Below, in pieces: positions 1 to 9,406 of a stretch of 64,000 nt of DNA; positions within the stretch are counted from its first letter, which is position 1, and each line of letters starts with the position of its first letter. The position numbers and the translations under genes were made by a program. This stretch comes from an uncultured Candidatus Saccharibacteria bacterium (GTDB lineage Bacteria > Patescibacteriota > Doudnabacteria > UBA920). Under the pieces are notes generated by a model that made no database searches, was not told the origin of the DNA, and saw nothing but the letters and a program-made list of their open reading frames with translations. Location of the stretch: contig CAZEKH010000002.1 in assembly GCA_964512925.1 (NCBI GenBank), forward strand, positions 57,831-121,830, given 5' to 3'.

Positions 1-215
1 CCCAAAGCCCCGGCCCTGGCTAATGCTACTGCCATTTCACTCTCTGTAACCGTATCCATAGGCGAGGAGATTATGGGTAAATTTAAACATATCCCCTTAC
101 CCAAATCTATTCTTAAATCTGTTTCTTTGCGGGAACGGATAGCAGATCGTTTGGGTACTAACAAAACATCGTCAAAAGTTATGCCGCTTGCCCAATTTTC
201 AGGAGATTGTTGCAT
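1..215 (-). CDS. guaB: IMP dehydrogenase/GMP reductase family, N-terminal part (runs off window)
   Basis: Manual translation [24 protein letters not shown]...[29 protein letters not shown]; the TFDDVLL.P and S.PMDTVTE motifs are typical of IMPDH. Confidence 0.85.
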   Translation of the reverse strand, partial: [71 protein letters not shown]

Positions 216-326
216 TCGATTTAAACAGCTAATAAGCTGTAAATAAAATATCGCTCAAACTGATGTCTTAAAATATCTTATCACTTTCAGATCAAAACAC
301 CAACATAACAACTTTCAAACCAAATC

Positions 327-941
327 TTATTTTCCTTTCAGTATTTTAGTAAGTAGCTCTCTATATTTATCTGCCATTTTTTCATAACCTTTGGCATTGG
401 GGTGGATGGCGTCATACATCAAATCTTTTTTTCCCAAAATCCCGCCCAAAACATCGTCCACATAGTTTACTTCTAGCTCAGAAGCCAACTTTCTATAAGC
501 GCTGTTATAGTTTCCCAAAACACCTCCGCTGATTCCGCTTAGTACAACTGTTGAGCCGGTATTTTTTATCTCCAGTATCATCTCCCGCAAATTCCCCAAG
601 GTTTCTTCTTTAGGGTAGCGCCTTAGTATGTCGTTGCCGCCTAAAACTATGATCACGATTTTTGGCTCTTTTTCCAACACATCTTTTTTAAGCCTGAGCT
701 TGGCTGTACTGGTAGTGTCCCCGCTTAGTCCGGCATTAAGCACTTTTACTCCCAGCTTTTTTTCCAACTGCGCCACGAAATTGTCTTTCTCAGTGGCGCC
801 CACCCCATAGACCAAACTGTCGCCAAAAGCAATAATATTTGTCCCAGAGGTAGGAAAATATATTTTTTCACCGCTTGAAAAAAACCATAGAGCGGTAAAA
901 AATAAAAGCAATATAGCTATAACCACATAAACAATACGCAT
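327..941 (-). CDS. SGNH/GDSL-family esterase (arylesterase/TesA-like) with N-terminal membrane anchor
   Basis: FGDSL, NAGLSGDT, GGND and DAIHPN motifs. Confidence 0.9.
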   Translation of the reverse strand: MRIVYVVIAILLLFFTALWFFSSGEKIYFPTSGTNIIAFGDSLVYGVGATEKDNFVAQLEKKLGVKVLNAGLSGDTTSTAKLRLKKDVLEKEPKIVIIVLGGNDILRRYPKEETLGNLREMILEIKNTGSTVVLSGISGGVLGNYNSAYRKLASELEVNYVDDVLGGILGKKDLMYDAIHPNAKGYEKMADKYRELLTKILKGK

Positions 942-1566
942 AAAAACTGGTATTACATTAAAATGTATCTATTCTTCAAAACCTACAAAAAAAGTTTTTC
1001 TAGGGACGCTCACCTGCTCCTAAACTCATATCGTCTCTTTGTTCTACTGGACCATAGAATGGAACCTTTGCATCAGACTATTTAATGTGGATATAAATCC
1101 TTTGGGTGGCGCCTTCTTTTTTTGCATCATCCAAATGATAAATATCTACTTTTCTTCCATCCAGAACAGCGTCACGAATTCTAGGTTCAAATTGTACAGC
1201 AGGTGGTTCATTCATAACCATAATATCGGTAAAGGGTCGAAGCTGATCTGTTAAACCTTTTTTTCTATTGCCTCTTTCCAAAATTCATAACCCTTCCATA
1301 TTTCGTTGTTTATTATTTCGTTCATATTTTTATGAATTAATTGATGATTTATTTAATCCAACATCATTATATCACTAAATATTGCTATCGTACTGCCTGC
1401 TAATATAAAAATCTCAATGAATACTGGTTGATTGGAATATATTGATAACCCCTCCTTCCCCGCCACAACAGATATAAATAGATGGTCGGGAAATTATATC
1501 TCTCAAATAATAAAAAAGAGCGGCCGTCGGTTGCCCGGCTGGTCGCCCTTGAACTTAGTCAGCCCA

Positions 1567-1884
1567 TCACTGCTTCTTGGGCGGATTGTTTGGGTCTTCA
1601 CCCAAGCTGATTTTCATACTCTTCATGAACCTCTGATCTTCCGATGTAAAATTCGGCTTGCCGCCTCCGGTGGTTGCCGACGGTCGTGGGCTTTCAGGCT
1701 TTCCCGTGGAAGCGTCATCCTGTTTCTGAAAGCCAATTGTACACTCGAGGATCAGAAAAACTTCGTAGCCTGCTTTCTGAATTGCCTCGATAGCTTCCGC
1801 AATGCGTTCGCTCCCGGACAGCGCATCATTGATCGCCTGGCCAAGTTCCTGCATCAGTCTTTGCAGCTTTTCATCCATTGCCAT
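1567..1884 (-). CDS. Hypothetical protein (~105 aa), GC-rich relative to flanks
   Basis: ORF MAMDEKLQRLMQELGQAINDALS...; AAGGAGG Shine-Dalgarno just upstream of the 1884 start. Confidence 0.7.
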   Translation of the reverse strand: MAMDEKLQRLMQELGQAINDALSGSERIAEAIEAIQKAGYEVFLILECTIGFQKQDDASTGKPESPRPSATTGGGKPNFTSEDQRFMKSMKISLGEDPNNPPKKQ

Positions 1885-2499
1885 TGTTATTGCCTCCTTG
1901 CGGCTGATAAAACATTTAACATTACCATAAAAACGGACTATGGTCAATAGCCTGCTGACTTAATACTTACAACTACCAAATACCAAAAAAGCGCTACCAT
2001 AAAAGGTAGAGCTTTTTCTTTGGCTCCGACTCTGGGACGGTTTTCGAACTGCTAAATGGGCTAAATTACTGGAATTCCCAGAATTAACTAGCGCTGCTAT
2101 ACAAAATTTACTGTTTATAAATTAACGTGCGGAATTTCGTCTGTTTCTTTCCTGTGCATCTGCAACACGTCTAGCGTCTTCAGTTTTTTCAGTACTATGT
2201 TCAATACGGGTTTTAGTATCAACATTTGGCAACAATGGGGCAACAATGGGGACATGACCCATTATTCATTATTACTTACTTTGTACAAAATAAATGGCTC
2301 CTGACCCTTTTTGGTTTTTCCGAACAAGTGGAATAGCTACCGCAATTTGAACTGGCAGGAGCAGTATCCGGCGTTTGATACAATAAAGGCCGATTTAGAG
2401 GAGATTTTGGCTGTTAAATAAATTCTGGACAAGTGGGAGGGGGAAGGATTTTTTAAGAAAATCTAATTTAGGTTAGGCGGGGTACCATGGATAATAGTT

Positions 2500-3660
2500 T
2501 TAAGCTAAATTATCGAACTTTCTTTTTTGGTGCTTTTGAACAAGACTATTAAAATACCTAATACCAAGAGAGTCAAATTCAAACCCCACATACTTTATCG
2601 GAGTTACCCTTAGGTCGTCCACCCAACTTTTCCAATGAATATCTCCCCCTAATATTATTTTTCCAAAACCTTCATTTATTTGAATATTTAAACACGCAAT
2701 AAAAAAGTATAAGGCAATATCAAAATGTCTTTGCCACGTGCCAAATATATATTCTTTCGGTTTAGGCATTAAACCATGAGCAATATGATTTCTAAGTGTA
2801 AAAAATCTATCCGCCCAAATTTCTTTCTTTGTCCCGACTTCAAACTCTTTTATCGCACCATCTCTTTCCGAACTGTAACGGTATTTTTTATCAGTTTTAT
2901 TATTTAGATTATTTTTAATAAAATTTTTTACTTTTCTTCTACCTTTCCCCGGCAGGATCCCGAGCAGAACTTCGAAAGCCGATGCTTGTAATAAAATTCT
3001 AGCATTATGGCTTATTTGCGATGAGTTATAATAACTCTCATAAAACAACTCAATAGCTGAAATTATTCTCCTAAAATATTTTGGTTTTTGTTTCCTTAAA
3101 CGTATAAGTGCATCGAACAAATCTTGATCCACTTCTCGGAATAAGGGAGTTGGCACGTATCGAGGGCGAATTGTTTTGTTCTCTTTTATATCAATTCCCC
3201 CATGACCCATAGGGACTGCAAAACCACCCCATTCAGTCATATAATCACTATCTAAAACTATTGAAAAATGTATCTTTTCAAAATTATCAGAACTTGCCAT
3301 CCAGTGACTAGAATTAACATTTCTTTTAATAGTGTTCGATCTCGACAAAAAACTAATAAATAGAATTAGCCTGGCATCATTAGCTTTAACTTGGTCGGTT
3401 TTGTTAAATTCCCTAAAGTCATTCTTACCGACTTGAATTAGTCCTACCCCTCTAACGCGATAACCCTCATGTGTTTTATAATTAGCAAGCACAAGGTCAA
3501 TTTTGGCTTTTAACTGTTCGTCGGTAATGTATTTTTGATTACTAGTGTCAAAATTCCATATTTTTGCAAAACCAAAGTCTATCTCACGAACGTCACTTAA
3601 AGTTAAATAAGGTAGGCAAATAAAAAAGAATCTTTTATTCTGTGGCTGTGGTATAGTCAT
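2500..3660 (-). CDS. HEPN-domain protein (ApeA-like, putative defence RNase)
   Basis: C-terminal RNHIAH (Rx4H) motif preceded by an AFEVLL helix. Confidence 0.65.
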   Translation of the reverse strand: MTIPQPQNKRFFFICLPYLTLSDVREIDFGFAKIWNFDTSNQKYITDEQLKAKIDLVLANYKTHEGYRVRGVGLIQVGKNDFREFNKTDQVKANDARLILFISFLSRSNTIKRNVNSSHWMASSDNFEKIHFSIVLDSDYMTEWGGFAVPMGHGGIDIKENKTIRPRYVPTPLFREVDQDLFDALIRLRKQKPKYFRRIISAIELFYESYYNSSQISHNARILLQASAFEVLLGILPGKGRRKVKNFIKNNLNNKTDKKYRYSSERDGAIKEFEVGTKKEIWADRFFTLRNHIAHGLMPKPKEYIFGTWQRHFDIALYFFIACLNIQINEGFGKIILGGDIHWKSWVDDLRVTPIKYVGFEFDSLGIRYFNSLVQKHQKRKFDNLA

Positions 3661-3760
3661 TTTTCTATTCTGATAGGTTTGATTAACTGGGAAAAATTAT
3701 TATTTGGAAAATTTATGGCTTTTTTTGGAAACTTAAAATGTTTAAGTTTTTGCATATTTT

Positions 3761-4222
3761 TTATTCATTTAAACGTTTCCAAATAACTTTGCTACCTTTC
3801 CCCTCTATATTACCAGTTTCAGAATCGTACTCATTAACAGACCACGAAAATATTTGCCATCCGTAACCATCGTACAAATATAACTCATCTCGACTAATTA
3901 TTTTATTCTCGCCATTACTGAATAACATCTTATTATTGGCAATATAAGGAAAATCCGGATTACCTGTTTTATTAAACTCAGTATCATCCCCCGAATAATG
4001 AAAACCTTGCTGATCAGTAATCATGTCAACAAAAGATTGTTTGCTTTCAGGAGGCAACTTTTTATAAAAGTTAGTATTATCAAAACTTTTGATTGCAGTT
4101 TGGTATGGATCTTCACCCGATTCCCTATTTGCATTCCAAAAAACTAAAGTCAAAATTATTGCGACCAGTACGACAATTAAAATTTTAAACCAATTTTCTT
4201 TTAAAAATCTCATACAGTGCAA
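3761..4222 (-). CDS. Hypothetical membrane-anchored protein
   Basis: 153-aa ORF; N-terminal hydrophobic helix after FLKENWFK. Confidence 0.7.
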   Translation of the reverse strand: MHCMRFLKENWFKILIVVLVAIILTLVFWNANRESGEDPYQTAIKSFDNTNFYKKLPPESKQSFVDMITDQQGFHYSGDDTEFNKTGNPDFPYIANNKMLFSNGENKIISRDELYLYDGYGWQIFSWSVNEYDSETGNIEGKGSKVIWKRLNE

Positions 4223-4227
4223 ATATT

Positions 4228-4707
4228 TTATTCTGGATTAGAAATCTCAAACAGTTCATGTTTTCTAGCCAAATAATCCTTTTGTTGTTGTAAATTGTAA
4301 TTAACCAACTCCATATCCATCTCGTTTGTTATGTTTGATGTATACGATGCTTCAAAAACATTTGTTTTTAAATTTTTTATAAATCTATATTCTTGAGAGC
4401 CATTACCAGAAAAAAATGTAATTGTGCCTGTTTCCACAAAGCACGTAGATTCTTTTTCATTATAGTGGAATCTAGCTGGAATTATTGTTTTATTGAGTAA
4501 GCTAGATTTTTCATCACGCTCATATTTCTCAAAAAATTCATTGCCAATTTTTCGGCATGCATCTTCATTTTCTAAAAGCTCGTCCTTAACTAGTTTGAGC
4601 TGTTTTTGTTTTGGGACAATAACTAAATAATTATAAAATGAGTAAGTTATTATTAACCCACATATTAGTAAAAAAATCTTTGTCCAGTTTCCTTTTACCC
4701 AATTCAT
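4228..4707 (-). CDS. Hypothetical membrane-anchored protein
   Basis: 159-aa ORF with N-terminal TM helix; tightly packed with neighbours. Confidence 0.7.
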   Translation of the reverse strand: MNWVKGNWTKIFLLICGLIITYSFYNYLVIVPKQKQLKLVKDELLENEDACRKIGNEFFEKYERDEKSSLLNKTIIPARFHYNEKESTCFVETGTITFFSGNGSQEYRFIKNLKTNVFEASYTSNITNEMDMELVNYNLQQQKDYLARKHELFEISNPE

Positions 4708-4712
4708 AATAA

Positions 4713-5207
4713 TTATTTTGCGGGTTTAATTTTTCCAATATAAATATAATAAAAAATCCATTTAGGTACTTGTAAGAAAAACCATGCTAGCGCTAAAGAA
4801 AAGGGTGCGTATAGCAAAAGCCATAAAAGGGATGCTGGTTTCTGATGATTTTTGTCATATAAATCAAGGTCTAATTTTGAAGATTCGCTTTCACCGTAAA
4901 TCTCTTTAAAAACATAGGGTGAGTAGCTAGTCATTCGTTTTATAACCTTATCTGAAATTTCTTTAGTATTGAACCCCGCTTCTTTAAGATCCTTTATTTC
5001 TTTAATTTGTTTGTTGGTAGTATCCTGTTCTTTCAAATACTCTTGCCTATCCTCATTAAGCTTAATCCCAACACTAATACTTGATAGAACGGCTAACCCG
5101 AAACAAAAAATGGCAAAACATACATATAAAACTTTTAAAGTTCTATACCATGCTTTGCTATTTAAATAGCTGAGTGATTTGATTTCCATGACTGTATTAG
5201 TACACAT
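4713..5207 (-). CDS. Hypothetical protein with two TM helices
   Basis: 164-aa ORF with two hydrophobic segments. Confidence 0.7.
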   Translation of the reverse strand: MCTNTVMEIKSLSYLNSKAWYRTLKVLYVCFAIFCFGLAVLSSISVGIKLNEDRQEYLKEQDTTNKQIKEIKDLKEAGFNTKEISDKVIKRMTSYSPYVFKEIYGESESSKLDLDLYDKNHQKPASLLWLLLYAPFSLALAWFFLQVPKWIFYYIYIGKIKPAK

Positions 5208-5612
5208 TTAGTCTATACCTAAGCCATAAATTTGTAAATATGACTAAAACAGTCTTTTTTAGAGGTACTTAAAAACCTTTACCTCTTAAGCAACTTTCAT
5301 ATTCTAGTTTAGGGGTTTGAGCCCACCAATTTTTTTCTGGTTGTGCTAATTGTGGTATTTCTGGACAAGAAGCACGGCACCAAAAATCCTCGCATTTTAG
5401 ACGACATGCATTTGCTGTATCAAATTGTTCTTGTAGGAAACAAAGGGGTCAGGAGCTTTTTTATAAGAGTTTTTTGTTGGCTCCCTCCTTCGTCCCGATG
5501 ATCATCGGGACTACGGCGGACAGGCTGGGATTCCGTTTTGCACCCGAACCCCCGACCAACCAAGGGATGGTGCCGGGAGTTTTCCTATCGGAAAAAACGA
5601 GGGTATAGCCTA

Positions 5613-5882
5613 TTATTTCTTCCAAGGATTTTGTTTAAAGTAGTCTTCCAAAACTTTTTCTAACTCTTTCTTACCATTTCCGCCTTTGAGGTACAATTCT
5701 CTGCGTTTGGCATCCGACTCTAGTAGAAAAGCTTCGTAGTGGATGAGAGTTAAAGGACGGCGGTGTTTGGTAGCGGTTACAAAACCTGATTCGTGAGATT
5801 TTATTCTACTTTTCAAGTCAGGAGTGTAACCAGTATATAGAAGTCCATCTTTCTGACTATGTAATACATATATATAAAACAT
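5613..5882 (-). CDS. GIY-YIG nuclease family protein
   Basis: YIYVL...LYTGYT.DLKSR...H and A..RE..LK motifs. Confidence 0.9.
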   Translation of the reverse strand: MFYIYVLHSQKDGLLYTGYTPDLKSRIKSHESGFVTATKHRRPLTLIHYEAFLLESDAKRRELYLKGGNGKKELEKVLEDYFKQNPWKK

Positions 5883-5991
5883 ATTAATATTTTACCATAA
5901 AGAAAAACCATCCTGAGATGGTTTTTCTAACTTACTATGCTAAACGTATCTATGGCTCACCCGCTGAGCGGGTGTATAGCCACGCTTAGCG

Positions 5992-6066
5992 TGGCTCGGG
6001 AGCTGGGATTCGAACCCAGGACCCATCGGTTAACAGCCGATTGCTCTACCGCTGAGCTACTCCCGA
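5992..6066 (-). tRNA. tRNA-Asn(GTT)
   Basis: TCGGGAG...CTGTTAA...GGTTCGAATCC...CTCCCGAGCCA cloverleaf with encoded CCA. Confidence 0.95.
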
Positions 6067-6302
6067 ATGATATTTTTCATTTGTCTTCTACCAGATGCAC
6101 TTTTGAAAAATTTTTCTCTTAGACGTGCATCTTGCAAATTATTATATTCTTCAAAATATATTAACTTCCAAGGTGCATACCTTTTTGTATAAAAATGTTT
6201 TTTTGAATTGTGCTCACTGAGTCTAATTTCTAAAGTTCTATCTGTACTACCAACATAAGTTTTTTTATAGTTCAAGCTTTTTAAAATATAGAGGTAAGGC
6301 AT
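6057..6302 (-). CDS. GIY-YIG nuclease family protein; 3' end overlaps the tRNA-Asn 5' end
   Basis: YLYILKS...YVGST...RL.EHN...PWKLIYFEE...REKFFKS. Confidence 0.9.
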   Translation of the reverse strand: MPYLYILKSLNYKKTYVGSTDRTLEIRLSEHNSKKHFYTKRYAPWKLIYFEEYNNLQDARLREKFFKSASGRRQMKNIIRE

Positions 6303-6380
6303 AAATTTTTTGCTCTACCCGCCTCGACTCCCGAAGCTCGTCTTCGGCGAGGCGGGCCGCTGAGCTACCAGCCTCGACGT

Positions 6381-6575
6381 CTAGGCGGGCTCCCGAATAT
6401 TTTCGTCAAGCCATTTACGACCCTGACCAGACTTTAAAAACTTTTCTCTTTTTAAAGCCTCGCTTTTAGTAGTAAATGATTCGTTATAAATTAAAATCCA
6501 AGGTCTATTTTTAGGAGTAATAATACTGACCTGCCTCCAACCAGCTTGCGGATGGCAGAACTCCCGAATATCCAA
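6381..6575 (-). pseudogene. Truncated GIY-YIG nuclease (C-terminal half only)
   Basis: RPWILIYNESF...ALKREKFLKSGQGR present; N-terminal GIY/YIG motifs absent. Confidence 0.65.
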
Positions 6576-6699
6576 ATGTTAAACTAACTTTAGATAGTTT
6601 AACACCTATTACTTTTTTTTTCAATAGTTATAAAGGTCTGATATAATATACCGGACGATGAAATAATTACAATACTTTTTTGAACTTTAAAATATTATT

Positions 6700-7188
6700 A
6701 TGCAAATAAATTTTATAAATCCGGAAATATCCGTCATTATAACAGGGATGTTGCCGATTTTTGAAGTGCGGGGAGCTTTGCCTTTGGCATTGTTTTACTA
6801 CCACTTTTCCCCTCTCAAATCCTACCTATTGTCGGTTTTTGGCAACCTCCTGCCCATCCTTCCCCTGCTTTTTGGCCTAAAAATCTTTTCTGAATATTTG
6901 GCTCATAAAGTCTACTTTTTAAACAGGCTCTTAAACTGGCTTTATGAAAAAACCAGGCAAAGGCACGGAGACCATTTTGAATCCTATTCCTGGGCGCCTT
7001 TTGCCCTGTTTGTTTTTGTTGCCATCCCCATACCCTTAACTGGAGCTTGGAGCGGTATTTTGGCTGCCATCACTTTTGGTATTCCTTTTTGGCGGTCTTT
7101 TATTGCTATTTCTGCCGGAGTTTTGGTGTCAGGTGCAGCAGTTCTTGCGATTTCCTTGTTAGGCTTAAATTTTAAAGAAATATTTTAA
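6700..7188 (+). CDS. Small multidrug export-like membrane protein (COG2426-like)
   Basis: MLPIFEVRGALP and FVAIPIPLTGAWSG motifs. Confidence 0.85.
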   Translation: MQINFINPEISVIITGMLPIFEVRGALPLALFYYHFSPLKSYLLSVFGNLLPILPLLFGLKIFSEYLAHKVYFLNRLLNWLYEKTRQRHGDHFESYSWAPFALFVFVAIPIPLTGAWSGILAAITFGIPFWRSFIAISAGVLVSGAAVLAISLLGLNFKEIF

Positions 7189-7213
7189 ATTTTATTAATC
7201 CCAAACACTTTTT

Positions 7214-7633
7214 ATGAACATGTTCAAACCAACAAATCAAAAAACTATTTCCGGCTATTTAAACGCCCTGGTCCCAGAGCGAAAAAAATCTGTGGTTTTT
7301 CTGCATAACTTCATACAAAAAACCGTACCCAAACTAAAACCGCATTTTGCCTACAACATGCTGGGCTACGGAACTTTTCCTTACACCAACTACAAAAAAC
7401 AGATCGTAAATTGGCCAGTGGTTGCTTTGGCTAGTCAAAAAAATCACATTAGCATCTATGTCTGCGCGCTGGATGCCGGTAAATATCTGGCAGAAAAATA
7501 CAAAAAAGATTTGGGAAAAGTCAGTGTCGGCAAAAGCTGTATTCGTTTTAGAAAACTGGAGAATTTAAATCTTGATATGTTAAAAAAAATATTAAAGCTG
7601 GCAGCTAAAAATCCGGGCTTGGTTTTAAAATAA
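7214..7633 (+). CDS. DUF1801/YdhG-like protein
   Basis: LGYG, ASQKNHISIY and GKSCIRF motifs. Confidence 0.8.
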   Translation: MNMFKPTNQKTISGYLNALVPERKKSVVFLHNFIQKTVPKLKPHFAYNMLGYGTFPYTNYKKQIVNWPVVALASQKNHISIYVCALDAGKYLAEKYKKDLGKVSVGKSCIRFRKLENLNLDMLKKILKLAAKNPGLVLK

Positions 7634-7686
7634 ACATTTTAGAGTGTTTCAAAAACAGGATAAATTTCAATTTATTCATATACAAA

Positions 7687-7720
7687 AATACCCAGCCCGT
7701 TTAAAAGGGCTGGGTATTTT
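7687..7720. terminator. Bidirectional intrinsic terminator
   Basis: AAAATACCCAGCCC-N-GGGCTGGGTATTTT between convergent genes. Confidence 0.75.
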
Positions 7721-7728
7721 ATAAAAAT

Positions 7729-8487
7729 TTATTTTAACTCAACGTTGGAACTGATCTTAACTGTAAACAAATCATCAATAAACCCGTCAGCAACTTTGCT
7801 GGAGGCGTAAGTGATCCCCCACAATGTCCTATCCAGCTTGGTTTCTGCGGTAAAAACAGCTGTCTGTCCGCTTTGTACGACAGTGCCGGAAAACACGACT
7901 GGTTTGGTTAAGCCTTTTAAAGTCAGATTGCCGGAAAATTCGTAAGTTTGCTTGCCTGAAGATTCAGAAACTAACTTTGCGGAAGAAATATTCAACTCGC
8001 CAGTAGGATATTTTTCCACATCAAAAAAATCCGGGCTTTTGAGATGGCCGGAAAGCTTATCCTGCCCGTCGCCTTTGCCGGTTGTCAAAGTTTCTATGCT
8101 TGCCATATTTAAAACAGCATTAGCTGAGACAATTTTTCCATCCTTATAAAGCACATTGCCGGAAGAAATATCTATTTTACCCGCATCTTCATAGCCTGCC
8201 ACCAAAGTTTTTCTGCCTATCCAGGCCAATTTGGTATTTTGGGAGGTTAAAGCGACACTGCCAGAAAAAGCAGTCGCTTGAGCCGGCACAGAAGGAGTCA
8301 CAGAAACTGCCGGGGTCGGAGTGGCCGCAGCGTTTGTCGGCTGCTCCGTATTTTTACCATTTAAATCCTGTAAATAGCTATCTACGGCGTCTGAAGTTTG
8401 CTTATTGTAATATCCGGAATAGGCATAGACACCGCCCAGACCCAAAACTAATATTCCTAACACTATACCAATGGCTTTTTTGCTCAT
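7729..8487 (-). CDS. YceI-family lipid/polyisoprenoid-binding protein
   Basis: HLKSPDFFDVEKYP and GNLTLKG.TKPV motifs; N-terminal anchor. Confidence 0.9.
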   Translation of the reverse strand: MSKKAIGIVLGILVLGLGGVYAYSGYYNKQTSDAVDSYLQDLNGKNTEQPTNAAATPTPAVSVTPSVPAQATAFSGSVALTSQNTKLAWIGRKTLVAGYEDAGKIDISSGNVLYKDGKIVSANAVLNMASIETLTTGKGDGQDKLSGHLKSPDFFDVEKYPTGELNISSAKLVSESSGKQTYEFSGNLTLKGLTKPVVFSGTVVQSGQTAVFTAETKLDRTLWGITYASSKVADGFIDDLFTVKISSNVELK

Positions 8488-8596
8488 TTTTTTCCTTTCT
8501 TTTTTAATTTTTCCTTAATTCTCATAGCAAAAATATGCTATGATATGGATATGCTTAAATACTTAAATATATTCTAAGCCTTATATAGGCTACCAT

Positions 8597-9406
8597 ATGT
8601 TTAATACAAAAACAACCATAAAATATTTCCTGTTTGCCAGCGTCCTTTTTTTCTTATTGCCTGTTTTTAAGGCGCAAGGATTAGAACCCAAAACGCTTAA
8701 TTTAAACGGCACTGTTACCCAAATTTCCGGGTTACAAGTATATTTCAAATCCCCTTCATCTGCCAAATATACAGCAGAAATTTCCACAGCCAAGCTGTTT
8801 AGAAAAAACGGCACTGAAATTTCTGTTTCAGAGATTCTTCCCGGGGATAAAATTGAAGTAAAAGGCAAAGTTTGGCCGGACAACAGCATAAATGCGGAAT
8901 ATGTAAAAAATCTTTCGCTATACCCTCACCGCTCAACTTTTATCGGAAAAATCACAGGTATCAATTTTCAAAAATCAGAATTCACTCTGGAATCCGGCAG
9001 TGTAAGCCGCCTGGTTAAAACTTCCCAGCTCACAGCTTATAAAAACAGCGGCTCTATATCCGGCTTTAGCAATCTGGAAATCGGGATGTCAGCGACTGTC
9101 AAAGCCGCCTGGGAAAGAAAGGACTCGGTTTTAACCGCTGAAAGCGTGGAGGCTAAACAAAAACTGATTAATATCACTATAACTGGGACGCTGGTTATGA
9201 CCAGCCCTGAAGCTTTCACCATAGTCGGAGATAACAATGTTATCTACGGAATCAGTCTCAACAATGCTGTCCTAGTGTCCAAAAGCGGAAAAAAACTTTC
9301 TCTCTCGGCTTTTCAAAACGGTCAGCAGGTAAAAGTCGAAGGCAAGCACACATCCGGTTTGGTAAAAATTTTTGCAACCAAAATCCGTAATCTTAACTTT
9401 AAATAA
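8597..9406 (+). CDS. Secreted protein with repeated OB-like (DUF5666-like) domains
   Basis: Signal peptide; three similar units ending G..V.V.G. Confidence 0.6.
   Translation: MFNTKTTIKYFLFASVLFFLLPVFKAQGLEPKTLNLNGTVTQISGLQVYFKSPSSAKYTAEISTAKLFRKNGTEISVSEILPGDKIEVKGKVWPDNSINAEYVKNLSLYPHRSTFIGKITGINFQKSEFTLESGSVSRLVKTSQLTAYKNSGSISGFSNLEIGMSATVKAAWERKDSVLTAESVEAKQKLINITITGTLVMTSPEAFTIVGDNNVIYGISLNNAVLVSKSGKKLSLSAFQNGQQVKVEGKHTSGLVKIFATKIRNLNFK

Larger units (their letters stand above)
2021..5997. mobile_element. Decayed genomic island anchored at the 3' end of tRNA-Asn
   Basis: TGGCTC (antisense of the tRNA-Asn 3' end GAGCCA) recurs at 2021, 2295, 5478 and 5992; hairpin/T-tract just outside 2021; AT-rich co-oriented cargo genes; no intact integrase seen. 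Confidence 0.5.

Noticed and set aside
999-1325. Possible gene broken by a frameshift in an A7 run and an in-frame TAG
   Set aside because: Pseudogene, sequencing error and chance cannot be told apart without homologues. Other genes end normally at TAG/TGA, so recoding is not supported.
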